A stretch of 64,000 bases of DNA from an uncultured Lachnospiraceae bacterium (lineage in GTDB: Bacteria; Bacillota; Clostridia; Lachnospirales; Lachnospiraceae), in contig CAJUMB010000004.1 in NCBI GenBank assembly GCA_910587105.1, positions 3,918 through 67,917 of the forward strand, given 5' to 3'. Below, piece after piece: positions 43,722-53,055 of this stretch; within the stretch, counting starts at the first letter, position 1; the number at the start of each line of letters is the position of its first letter. The translations under genes were made by a program, and so were the position numbers. The notes under the pieces were generated by a model, which worked only from the letters and a program-made list of their open reading frames with translations, was not told where the DNA came from and ran no database searches.

Positions 43722-44801
43722 ATGCAGATTAAGCCATTGAGAATGGGAAATATAGAAGCAAAGCTTCCGATTATACAAGGCGGTATGGGGATAGGAATCA
43801 GCCTGGGCGGTCTTGCAGGGGCAGTTGCGAAAGAAGGCGGTGTTGGAATTATTTCCGCTGCTCAAATCGGTTACAGGGAGCCGGATTTTGACCGGAATAC
43901 GAAAGAGGCCAATTTGAGGGCGGTCCGGACAGAATATGCAAAAGCCCGTGCCATTGCGCCGGAGGGTGTGATCGGCTTTAACATTATGGTCGCCATGAAA
44001 GATTACGATGATTATGTAAGGGCGGCTGTGGAGGCAGGGGCAGATCTCATCATCTCCGGAGCAGGGCTCCCCACAGAACTGCCTAGAATTGCCGGGGATG
44101 CAAAAGTGAAGCTGGCACCCATTGTATCTACTGCGAAGTCTGCAAAAGTAATTTTCAAATACTGGGACAGAAAATATAAACGGATGCCGGATCTTCTGGT
44201 AATTGAAGGACCCCGTGCAGGAGGACATCTGGGATTTACCCGGGAGCAGCTGGAAGAATACCTGCCCTCCTATGACGCAGAAATCAAAGAAATTCTGTCT
44301 GTTGTGAGAGAATATGAAAAGGCATATGGTTTCAAGATTCCCACAGCCCTTGCCGGGGGGATTGACAGCAGAGAGGCGGCAGCCCATGCATTTTCTCTGG
44401 GAGCAGACGCTGTTCAGGCAGCCACCAGATTTGTCACCACAGAGGAATGCGATGCGGATGTACGCTATAAACAGGCATATATTAAGGCGGCCCAGGAAGA
44501 TATTATTATTGTGAAAAGTCCCGTGGGAATGCCAGGACGTGCCATTAAGAATTCTCTGATGGAAAAGGTTATGAGCGGTGAAAAGATTCCCCATGGCCCC
44601 TGCCGCCGCTGTCTGGAAAAATGTAATCCTGCCGAGACTCCTTACTGCATTACCGAGGCACTCATTCATGCCGCCAGAGGTGAGGTGGAGGACGGACTGT
44701 TATTCTGCGGGGCATATGCCTACAGAGCAGACCATATAGAAAACGTAAGAGAAGTGATTGATTCCCTTCTGCCGCAAGGGAGTGGAAATCAGGAGGGGTA
44801 A
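43722..44801 (+). CDS. Second FabK / nitronate-monooxygenase-family flavoprotein with C-terminal Cys cluster
   Basis: QGGMG, EGPRAGGHLG, SPVGMPGRA, CxxCxxxC..YC. Confidence 0.88.
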   Translation: MQIKPLRMGNIEAKLPIIQGGMGIGISLGGLAGAVAKEGGVGIISAAQIGYREPDFDRNTKEANLRAVRTEYAKARAIAPEGVIGFNIMVAMKDYDDYVRAAVEAGADLIISGAGLPTELPRIAGDAKVKLAPIVSTAKSAKVIFKYWDRKYKRMPDLLVIEGPRAGGHLGFTREQLEEYLPSYDAEIKEILSVVREYEKAYGFKIPTALAGGIDSREAAAHAFSLGADAVQAATRFVTTEECDADVRYKQAYIKAAQEDIIIVKSPVGMPGRAIKNSLMEKVMSGEKIPHGPCRRCLEKCNPAETPYCITEALIHAARGEVEDGLLFCGAYAYRADHIENVREVIDSLLPQGSGNQEG

Positions 44802-44805
44802 GGCT

Positions 44806-45288
44806 ATGGAAGATGCATATAAGACGATTAATGATACGCTGGTGAGCCTGATTAATAAGATTTGGGTATTGGAAGGAAAAGCCATCATTACAGAAGAATT
44901 CAGAGACCTTACCAACAATGATATGCATGTAATCGAGGCGGTGGGACAAGGCGATGGGGCCAATATGTCCTCCATTGCCAGGAAGCTGGATATTACAGTG
45001 GGTTCCCTTACCACCGCCATGAACAGCCTGGTTAAGAAGAAATATGTGGAGCGTTACAGAGGCGAAGAGGACAGACGGGTGGTCTTTGTGAAGCTCACAG
45101 AAAAAGGAGTGAGGGCGTATGTCCACCATGAGGATTATCACAGGCAGATGACCCAGGCAATCCTTGACAGGCTGGAGGGGGAAGAAATAGCAGTATTATT
45201 GAAAACCCTGGATACCTTGAAAGAATTTTTTGCCAGTTATCAGAAATTAAATGCACCGGCAGATGAGCCGCCGGTGATGACAGGGTGA
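44806..45288 (+). CDS. fabT: MarR-family regulator (FabT-like)
   Basis: TVGSLTT..N.LVKK.YV.R..DRRVV...LT.KG; last gene of the fab cluster. Confidence 0.75.
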   Translation: MEDAYKTINDTLVSLINKIWVLEGKAIITEEFRDLTNNDMHVIEAVGQGDGANMSSIARKLDITVGSLTTAMNSLVKKKYVERYRGEEDRRVVFVKLTEKGVRAYVHHEDYHRQMTQAILDRLEGEEIAVLLKTLDTLKEFFASYQKLNAPADEPPVMTG

Positions 45289-45294
45289 TTTTGG

Positions 45295-45333
45295 AAAAAG
45301 ACACAGACTATTGGGAAGGTCAGTGTCTTTTTT
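45295..45333 (+). terminator. Intrinsic terminator after the fab cluster
   Basis: aaaaagacac...gtgtcttttt. Confidence 0.7.
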
Positions 45334-45391
45334 CTTTCTGCGGATCAGATAATGGCAGTTTCAAAAAAGCAATAAAAGAAATCAGAATGTA

Positions 45392-45440
45392 TTGACAGAA
45401 AGGCGCTGTACTGTTATAATCCTACTAAAATGCTATGAAT
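45392..45440 (+). promoter_or_regulatory. Promoter with overlapping Rrf2/CymR-like palindrome
   Basis: TTGACA-17 bp-TATAAT (TGn extended); AATCCTACTAAAATGCTATGAAT at 45418-45440. Confidence 0.6.
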
Positions 45441-45565
45441 TACGATGGGAATTATAGATAAAAAACTGTCAGAAAATGATGGTTTTTAAATAAATTTCAT
45501 AAATCTTAAATTAAGGCCAGCAGGTGAGTATAGGTATTCTGGCCATTAAGCAGGAAGGAGCTACA

Positions 45566-47242
45566 ATGAAAAAAGCAGCAGCATTATTACTGGCATTTGT
45601 ATTCGTGCTTGCATCTTTGGCGGGATGCGGAAAGAAGGAAAGCACAGACAGCCAGGCAAAGACAGAAGACGCAGGGGAAGATAAGGGCATTTACCGCACT
45701 CTGGATGAGATTAAAGAGAGCGGCAAGCTGATTGTGGGTGTTTTCAGTGATAAGAATCCTTTTGGGTATGTGGATGAAAACGGCGATTATCAGGGATATG
45801 ATGTTTACTTTGCAGAAAGAATGGCAGAAGACCTGGGTGTGGAGCTGGAATATGTGTCTACAGAACCGGCCAGCCGGGTAGAATATCTGGAATCCGGGAA
45901 AGTGGACGTGATACTTGCTAACTTTACCGTGACAGAAGAAAGAGCCCAGTCGGTAGACTTTGCACTGCCCTATATGAAAGTTTCACTGGGAGTAGTTTCA
46001 CCGGATGATGCGTTGATTACGAAACCGGAAGATCTGGAAGGCAAAAAGCTGATTGTGGCAAAAGGGACAACGGCTGAGACCTATTTTACAGAGAATTATC
46101 CGGATGTGGAGCTTCTGAAATTCGACCAGTATACAGAAGCTTATAATGCTCTGCTGGACGGCAGGGGAGCAGCTTTGTCTACAGATAATACGGAAGTCCT
46201 TGCATGGGCACTGAAAAATGACGGATTTTCCGTGGGTATTCCTTCACTGGGAGATTTGGATACCATCGCTCCGGCAGTATCTAAGGGAAATGATACATTA
46301 AAAGACTGGATTGATGAGGAGATCAAATCTCTGGCCGACGAGGAATTTTTCCACGCAGACTATAAGGAGACTCTGGAACCGGTGTACGGTACTGAGGTTG
46401 ACATGGACAGTCTGGTAGTAGAGGGCGGCGTGGTAGATGGAAAAGAGCCTCAAGACGCAGATGACGCGGAGGCTGAGGAAGATTCTGACGAAGAACCGGC
46501 AGAGGCGAAAGGGGATATTACTGTAGCAGCATCCTCCACACCTCATGCGGAAATACTGGAAGAGGTAAAACCGATTCTGGAAAAAGAAGGCTGGAATTTG
46601 GAAGTGACTGTATTTGACGATTATATTCAGCCCAACCTGGTAGTGGACAACGAAGAATTTGATGCCAACTATTTCCAGCATATTCCATATCTGGATGATT
46701 TTAACGAAGAACATGGTACACATCTGGTCAATGCAGGGGGGATTCATTATGAGCCCTTCGGCATTTATCCGGGAACCAAGAAATCTTTAGATGACCTGGA
46801 AGAAAAAGATGTGATTGCAGTGCCCAACGACACGACCAATGAGGCCAGGGCCCTTCTTCTTCTGGAAGCCAACGGCGTAATTACCCTGAAAGAGGGAGCA
46901 GGGCTGGCAGCCACAGTAAAAGATATTGAGGATAATCCCAAAGATGTCCAGATTCAGGAACTGGAGGCGGCACAGGTATCCCGTGTGAAGGACGAAGTTG
47001 CTTTTGTAGTATTAAACGGAAACTATGCCCTTCAGGCAGGGTTCTCTGTGGGAAATGACTCCATTGCCTATGAGACATCAGATTCCGAAGCAGCCCAGAC
47101 TTACGTAAATGTAATTGCGGTGAAAGAGGGAAATGAGGAATCTGAAGGCATTCAGGCGCTGGTAGAAGCTCTGAAATCTGACGAAATCAAAACATATATT
47201 GATGATACTTATGATGGAGCAGTCATTCCATTTGAAGAATAA
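45566..47242 (+). CDS. Lipoprotein with fused cysteine-type (SBP family 3) and MetQ/NlpA substrate-binding domains
   Basis: Lipobox LAGC; GVFSDKNPFGY..ANFTVT.ER; acidic linker; PHAEIL..DYIQPN..ANYFQH..PNDTTNEARAL. Confidence 0.88.
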   Translation: MKKAAALLLAFVFVLASLAGCGKKESTDSQAKTEDAGEDKGIYRTLDEIKESGKLIVGVFSDKNPFGYVDENGDYQGYDVYFAERMAEDLGVELEYVSTEPASRVEYLESGKVDVILANFTVTEERAQSVDFALPYMKVSLGVVSPDDALITKPEDLEGKKLIVAKGTTAETYFTENYPDVELLKFDQYTEAYNALLDGRGAALSTDNTEVLAWALKNDGFSVGIPSLGDLDTIAPAVSKGNDTLKDWIDEEIKSLADEEFFHADYKETLEPVYGTEVDMDSLVVEGGVVDGKEPQDADDAEAEEDSDEEPAEAKGDITVAASSTPHAEILEEVKPILEKEGWNLEVTVFDDYIQPNLVVDNEEFDANYFQHIPYLDDFNEEHGTHLVNAGGIHYEPFGIYPGTKKSLDDLEEKDVIAVPNDTTNEARALLLLEANGVITLKEGAGLAATVKDIEDNPKDVQIQELEAAQVSRVKDEVAFVVLNGNYALQAGFSVGNDSIAYETSDSEAAQTYVNVIAVKEGNEESEGIQALVEALKSDEIKTYIDDTYDGAVIPFEE

Positions 47243-47267
47243 GAGCAGTGTAAATTACTGCCGCTGA

Positions 47268-47320
47268 TAAGAAGCTGTGGAAAAATTAAGACGCATGAGT
47301 TATTTTTCTGTAGTTTCTAA
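47268..47320. repeat. Degenerate family-A palindromic element
   Basis: taagaagctgtggaaaaattaa...gttatttttctgtagtttctaa; ends resemble 4250-4310. Confidence 0.5.
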
Positions 47321-47435
47321 GCTGGAGTGAAGGAATCGGGGACGCTGGCAGTGTCCCCGATTTCGTGGTATAAAAGCAGAAGCACTCCCGGGACAAAGGC
47401 TTACCGGGAACATTCAGGTACAGGAGAGGGTAAAC

Positions 47436-48443
47436 ATGGAACCGATTATAAAGGTAGAGCATTTAAGAAAAGTATTTCAAACCACAGCTGGAGAAGTGGC
47501 TGCGGCAGACGATATCAGCTTTTCCATTGAAAAGGGCGATATTTATGGGATTATCGGGCTTTCCGGGGCAGGAAAGAGTACACTGGTGCGGTGTCTGAAT
47601 CTTCTAGAAAGGCCGTCCTCCGGAAAAGTTTTCGTGGGAAATCAGAATCTCCCGGACCTTCCGGAAAAAGAACTGCGCAGAGTGAGGCGGAAAATCGGGA
47701 TGATTTTCCAGCATTTTAATCTGCTGATGCAGAGGACAGTGCTGGATAATGTGTGTTTTCCCATGGAGATTTCAGGCGTTAAGAAAAAGGAAGCCCGGAA
47801 GAGGGCCATGGAATTTCTGAAAACAGTGGGGCTGGAGGAAAAGGCCAAGTCTTATCCGGCACAGTTGTCCGGCGGCCAGAAACAGCGTGTGGCCATTGCC
47901 CGTGTGCTGGCCAGTGATCCGGAAATCCTGCTGTGCGACGAGGCTACCAGTGCCCTTGACCCCCAGACAACTAAGTCTATCCTGGCGCTGTTGAAGGAGA
48001 TAAACCAGAAATACGGAATCACCATTGTGGTGATCACTCATGAAATGAGTGTGATTCAGGAAATCTGCCGTCATGTGGCAGTTCTGGACCAGGGAAAACT
48101 GGCGGAATCGGGGACAGTGGAAGAACTGTTCCACTCACCGAAAACAGAGGCGGCCCGGAAGCTGATTTTAAACGCAGGCAGTCAGATTCAGCAGATGCGT
48201 GGCAAGCGGCTGATTCGAATTACCTTTTCGGGACAGTCGTCTTTTCAGCCAGTGATTGGAAATGCGGTTCTTTTGTATAAAACACCGCTGAACATTATGT
48301 ATGCTGACACGAAAGATATCAACGGAAAAGCGGAAGGTGAGATGATTCTTCAGCTGCCGGAAGACAAGATTACGGCAGATAAGATGATTGCGTATTTCCG
48401 TCAGGAAAAACTTGGGGTGGAGGAATTGGAAAATGTGGGATAA
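47436..48443 (+). CDS. metN: Methionine ABC transporter ATPase
   Basis: GLSGAGKST, FQHFNLL, LSGGQKQR, CDEATSALDP, C-terminal NIL-like domain. Confidence 0.93.
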   Translation: MEPIIKVEHLRKVFQTTAGEVAAADDISFSIEKGDIYGIIGLSGAGKSTLVRCLNLLERPSSGKVFVGNQNLPDLPEKELRRVRRKIGMIFQHFNLLMQRTVLDNVCFPMEISGVKKKEARKRAMEFLKTVGLEEKAKSYPAQLSGGQKQRVAIARVLASDPEILLCDEATSALDPQTTKSILALLKEINQKYGITIVVITHEMSVIQEICRHVAVLDQGKLAESGTVEELFHSPKTEAARKLILNAGSQIQQMRGKRLIRITFSGQSSFQPVIGNAVLLYKTPLNIMYADTKDINGKAEGEMILQLPEDKITADKMIAYFRQEKLGVEELENVG

Positions 48444-49095
48444 TGAGATGATTACCATGCTGGTGGACGGAACCTGGGATACCCTGTATATGACACTGAT
48501 GTCCACATTATTTGGGTATATTCTGGGTCTGCCCATGGGGATTTTGCTGGCAGTGACAGACAAAGAGGGCATCCGGCCCAACGTGTTCGTGTATAAGATA
48601 CTGGACTTTATCGCCAATCTGGTGAGGAGTATTCCTTTTTTGATTCTTCTGATCCTAGTCATACCGGTGACAAAGGCAATTGTGGGGCAGAGCTATGGCC
48701 CCAGTGCCACGGTGGTGCCTCTGGTGATTGCGGCGGCGCCGTTTATCGCCCGTATGGTGGAATCTTCCTTAAAGGAAGTGGACCAGGGTGTCATTGAGGC
48801 CGCCATGAGCATGGGAGCCGGTACGGCATCCATCATCTGGAAAGTGCTGCTGGCAGAGGCCCGCACTTCACTGCTGGTGGGGGTTACCATTGCCATCGGC
48901 ACCATTCTGGGCTATTCCGCCATGGCAGGTGTCGTGGGCGGCGGCGGCCTGGGAGATATTGCTATACGTTATGGATACTATCGGTATCAGACAGACGTGA
49001 TGATTGTGACTATTGTGATACTGGTGGCTCTGGTGCAGCTGCTGCAGGGGCTGGGTATGATGCTGTCCAAGAAGCTGGACAAGCGCCGGGCTTAA
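48433..49095 (+). CDS. metI: Methionine ABC transporter permease
   Basis: RSIPFLIL, EAAMSMGA, YSAMAGVVGGGGLG. Confidence 0.93.
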   Translation: MWDNEMITMLVDGTWDTLYMTLMSTLFGYILGLPMGILLAVTDKEGIRPNVFVYKILDFIANLVRSIPFLILLILVIPVTKAIVGQSYGPSATVVPLVIAAAPFIARMVESSLKEVDQGVIEAAMSMGAGTASIIWKVLLAEARTSLLVGVTIAIGTILGYSAMAGVVGGGGLGDIAIRYGYYRYQTDVMIVTIVILVALVQLLQGLGMMLSKKLDKRRA

Positions 49096-49135
49096 TAGCA
49101 GCTGGTAATAGCTGGCGGGTGATGCCGCTGAAAGA

Positions 49136-49173
49136 ATGGATACCATACATGGGTGTGTTGGTATCCATTTTTT
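49136..49173. terminator. Terminator between convergent metI and the GmrSD-like gene
   Basis: aatggatacca...tggtatccatt followed by a T-run. Confidence 0.65.
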
Positions 49174-49198
49174 GCGGGGATGAGTTTCTTCAATTGTT

Positions 49199-51403
49199 CT
49201 ATGAGTCGGCGTGTAGTTTGTATGATTGTTCAATCAGGTTCATTACTACCGCAATGTCCGAAAGATGTTCAAAAAAGAATGCGGCTTTTCCTTCCCATGG
49301 TGTGAAACCAAGTTTTTCTCTATAGCTGTTGTTAGAAAAGCGTACTTGTTCAAATGGTATGTATAAAAAGACTTTAAGACGTTGTTTTTGAATGTCAATA
49401 GCTGTAAAGACATTTTTTACTTTATAGGAGTAATATCGTTTCGTAGGAGTTCTTTCTATATCAGGAGAAAGAGCCATGATCAGGGAATCAATGATGTTAA
49501 ATAGTTTTTCAGGATAGTCATTTGTTTTTCTGCTTTCTGAACCGTTTATTGGGAATGGGGATTCTGTTTCCTCAGGCGGCGCTTTCTGAACGGGAATTTC
49601 TACTGTTTTGGCGAGGGATTTCGGAACAGAGGTTTCCATTGATTTTTGGGCAGGCTTTTGTATTGAGATTTTTGTCTCTTTTGAAGGATATTTCCATATC
49701 TGGGCCATTTCATTTGTAAGTTGTTTTGACCTTTCGATAATCTGTGCCTCTCCCCAGGTTTTACAATTAGCGACATATCTGCTGAGCTTAATAGGTGTGT
49801 ATTTATAACCAATTTTTTGACCATTTTTATCCACACATTCCAATTTGTCCACAAAACGTTTATTTCCATATTCGGAATTATATCCGGTTAATGTTAAATT
49901 GCCTATGGTATGTAAATAAGTTTCATGGATATCTGCAAAATCAGGGCCCAAATCTTTTTTCCAATCTTCAGATAAAGTTTGTGGCATAATATGTTCAATG
50001 GTATATTCATTTGTGGATATATGTTCTTTTCGGTTATGATTTTCTAATCTATCGAGAATCATTTCAAGTTTAGACTTACTAAGAGAATAAATTTCAAATT
50101 TTTGGAGACACTCAATCATTTCATCATCTTTAGGCATACGTTGTGCGTAGTATTTGGAATGCAGTTCAAGAATATTATCTCTAAAAGAGTCCAGTTGATG
50201 AGTATTATATAAACTCTTTAACATAGAAAGACAAACGGGGCCGGCTGTGTTAGTCGGCATACCACATATAGTCCGACGCATGAAATAAGACTCCATTAAG
50301 GTCAAAATACCTGCCGCATCATCATCAGATAACATTTCATTATCTAAATCCGACAATAGCTTTAAAATAGCGGGTGTAATTTTTAATTGTTTTGTACTTC
50401 TTACTTTGTATAGTAAATGTTCTAAAGGTGTTCCATTCCCTTTGGCGTTAATCCATATAAGATAATATTTGGAATACTGGCGGATCTGTTTTACAAGGCT
50501 TTCCGAACCAGCAGAGCTATTATCAAAAAAATATTCCTTGAAAATTTTGTAATTATCACCAGTTACCTGGTTTTTGCGAACCATTGTTAGATAATAGTAG
50601 ATGAAATCATCAAATTCTTTAGTTTTACCCGATGATATACCTAACTCTTTTTCCATTGGATGCCAATACTCATTGTAGAGTAATTCCATTTGTTCTGTTG
50701 AATCGACTTGCATTAAAAGAAAATTACGAATTTTGTCGGCTGCTGATAAAGGGAGGCCAGTACTATTTACTGTTTCGAAAACAAGCTGTGCATTATCTTC
50801 TGGCAGCAGACAGATATCAACTAAACGCAATTTTTTGATTCCCTCATATACAAGTTGTGGTTCAACATTTTCTTTACGTAATTTATCAATAATGATGTTA
50901 TAATTCTCAAAGATTTTATTTTGTTTCATATCATCTGGCTGGGTACGATTTTTTATTATTTTTTTCCAAGCATAAAAATCTTCTTCATTTAATCGAATTT
51001 TATAATAAGTATCATTTGTTTCGTATTCATTGATAAGATATTGTTTCGAAATTCTTTCAGGGTTTGTAACAGAACATTTGAATTCATCGGAACCGGAAGC
51101 TTTTTCTTTTGTGTAATCGCCAAGTGCTAATAATAATATCGAAATTGTTGTTAATCGCTGCTGTCCATCAATTACTAAATATTCTGTTACTGCCGAAGCG
51201 TGCTGGGAGTTTCCTTTAAGGAGGTAAATAATGGAACCCATAAAATGGCACGGTCTTTCAGTATCTTTTGCAATTGCCAAAATATCCTTTAAAAACTCGA
51301 GGCAATTTAATTTCCCCCAACTGTATTTTCTCTGATAGATTGGAACGCAGTATTGCTTTTCCCCTTCTAAAAATTTAGTAAGCTCTGTATCTGTCGCTTT
51401 CAT
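49199..51403 (-). CDS. GmrSD-like (DUF262 + DUF1524 HNH) modification-dependent restriction nuclease with extra C-terminal domain
   Basis: PIYQRKYSW, IDGQQRLTT, FETVNSTG, IEHIMPQ..IGNLTL...N; AT-rich; AAAGGAG RBS before ATG 51403. Confidence 0.88.
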   Translation of the reverse strand: MKATDTELTKFLEGEKQYCVPIYQRKYSWGKLNCLEFLKDILAIAKDTERPCHFMGSIIYLLKGNSQHASAVTEYLVIDGQQRLTTISILLLALGDYTKEKASGSDEFKCSVTNPERISKQYLINEYETNDTYYKIRLNEEDFYAWKKIIKNRTQPDDMKQNKIFENYNIIIDKLRKENVEPQLVYEGIKKLRLVDICLLPEDNAQLVFETVNSTGLPLSAADKIRNFLLMQVDSTEQMELLYNEYWHPMEKELGISSGKTKEFDDFIYYYLTMVRKNQVTGDNYKIFKEYFFDNSSAGSESLVKQIRQYSKYYLIWINAKGNGTPLEHLLYKVRSTKQLKITPAILKLLSDLDNEMLSDDDAAGILTLMESYFMRRTICGMPTNTAGPVCLSMLKSLYNTHQLDSFRDNILELHSKYYAQRMPKDDEMIECLQKFEIYSLSKSKLEMILDRLENHNRKEHISTNEYTIEHIMPQTLSEDWKKDLGPDFADIHETYLHTIGNLTLTGYNSEYGNKRFVDKLECVDKNGQKIGYKYTPIKLSRYVANCKTWGEAQIIERSKQLTNEMAQIWKYPSKETKISIQKPAQKSMETSVPKSLAKTVEIPVQKAPPEETESPFPINGSESRKTNDYPEKLFNIIDSLIMALSPDIERTPTKRYYSYKVKNVFTAIDIQKQRLKVFLYIPFEQVRFSNNSYREKLGFTPWEGKAAFFFEHLSDIAVVMNLIEQSYKLHADS

Positions 51404-51598
51404 TATGTATTTTATCTCCTTTATCGTTTTACGTTTCCCTGACTTGAATTGAGGCAAAATTATATTTTTATAATACCATAGATTACAGAATATGAAAAGA
51501 TAAGGTTTAGAATGTCAATCAATGATTGGAAATTTTCCATACTTAAAGTTTCAGATCTTGTTAAATGGGAGAAATGAATGAAAAATATACATTTATAT

Positions 51599-51643
51599 AA
51601 TGCAATCAGAATGGTTGCATTTTCTATGCTTTTGTATTATAAT
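51599..51643 (+). promoter_or_regulatory. Promoter with a palindrome over the -35
   Basis: TTGCAT(51615)-17 bp-TATAAT(51638); inverted repeat aatgcaatc / ggttgcatt at 51599-51621. Confidence 0.55.
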
Positions 51644-51770
51644 TAAAATACAGATAGAAATATGCCAGATATCGGTGAAGCTGAATATGTATTAAAGGGC
51701 TGTTGCAAACTGGGGTATTACCTAAAATGCAGAATCTGAGAATGTTCAATCTACAAATGGAGGTGAATGT

Positions 51771-52427
51771 ATGATTTACTCGAATGAGCGAAAGCTGTGT
51801 TTAAGCGGCTGGCTTCGCCAGAATCATAAATCCGAATACGATACTGCTTTGAAGCTTCAAAAATTTTTGTTGTTATACGAATGTTTTACGAAAGTATCTG
51901 GTGAGAAAGCGGATTTTGTATATTTGAAAGGGTATAGAAGAGGTCCTGTGTTCAGCCAGGTCTGGGGAGATTATACAAAAGAAAGGCTTGGGTTTAACAG
52001 GTGTGCAGATGAAATCTGCCACTCGGGACGGGTTATAATCAATGAAGAAAGAGCAGTAAAGTGCGCGTTTGTAGTGCGTGTTTTATCTGAAAATGAGCTG
52101 TCAGAATTTACTCATTCAATGAATTTGTGGAAATCCAAGGAGAAAAGGATATTAAGCGGGGAACGCCAGGTGGATTTAGACGAAAATGATTTTGACGAGC
52201 ATGACGCCAGGCTTATTTCCGCACTTGATAAAATGTATCCCATGGAATTGATAAAAAATTCGTCAGTGGTGGAAATAGACAGACATTACTTTGTCTTTCG
52301 CAAAAAAGACAGGGTGAAATTAACGGAGCAGCATTTTGATGTACTTTCAAGTCTGGCAGAAAGCGGTCAGTTGTTTAATCCAGTGTATGTAGATATAGAT
52401 GAGGGGGGAAGGCTGATAGTTGATTAA
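51771..52427 (+). CDS. Panacea/SocA (DUF4065)-like antitoxin with C-terminal extension
   Basis: LKLQKFLLLY, GPV and LSEFTH...W motifs; GGAGGTG RBS; 8-nt overlap with the next gene. Confidence 0.65.
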   Translation: MIYSNERKLCLSGWLRQNHKSEYDTALKLQKFLLLYECFTKVSGEKADFVYLKGYRRGPVFSQVWGDYTKERLGFNRCADEICHSGRVIINEERAVKCAFVVRVLSENELSEFTHSMNLWKSKEKRILSGERQVDLDENDFDEHDARLISALDKMYPMELIKNSSVVEIDRHYFVFRKKDRVKLTEQHFDVLSSLAESGQLFNPVYVDIDEGGRLIVD

Positions 52428-53013
52428 CAAAAGAGACTTCATACGTATGAAAGTTCCATATCCCAGTATAGGTGCGCAGCTGTCGGTCAGCTCACATATG
52501 TATGTCTGCAAAAGCGTTGACGGAAGCATGTATGAATATGTCAAATGTCAGACGCTGAAACCCAAAATGCTGGCAAGCAGACGGTTCAAGCATTTTATAG
52601 ACGAACAGCCCGATGTTTCGAGAAATCCATTTCAAAGGATGACCCGTATAGATTGTGATAAGGTGTTTGTGACAAAATCTGTCCGGTATGGTGATGGGCT
52701 GAGAACCAATAGAAGACCAGATGTGTGTCAGGAATTGTATGATATGATAGTAGAAGAAGTGAATAAAGATGGATATGATTCCCTAGAGCCTGTTTGAAAA
52801 TTCATTCACGCCAACCGCACGCCCCACTTTGCGGCAGATTTGCCCCTTATTCGGTTGCTGTAGCCCGCTACAGCGCCCTCATGCGGAACAAATCTCCCAC
52901 AAATTATGACGCACGGTTGACATAAAGCAATTTTCAAACACGCTCTAGGAATGAATGAAGATGAATTGACAAGAATTAATCCGTTGATAGTCAAAATGAA
53001 ACATAAAGCATGA
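52420..53013 (+). pseudogene. Putative toxin partner gene interrupted near its 3' end by a 162-bp element
   Basis: ORF stops at 52797 inside the element; deleting 162 bp gives an in-frame continuation GMNEDELTRINPLIVKMKHKA* ending at 53013 (143 aa). Confidence 0.7.
52783..52948. mobile_element. MITE-like palindromic element, family B
   Basis: CTAG at both ends; 20-bp terminal IR ctagagcctgtttgaaaatt / aattttcaaacacgctctag (1 mismatch); central gctgtagc-cc-gctacagc hairpin; no transposase. Confidence 0.85.
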
Positions 53014-53055
53014 AACATTATGAGGGTAGAGATGCCCTCATTTTTTATCACAATC

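Noticed and set aside
51695..51710. gggctgttgcaaa resembling an IS terminal repeat
   Set aside because: It is a single short match with no partner end or transposase found.
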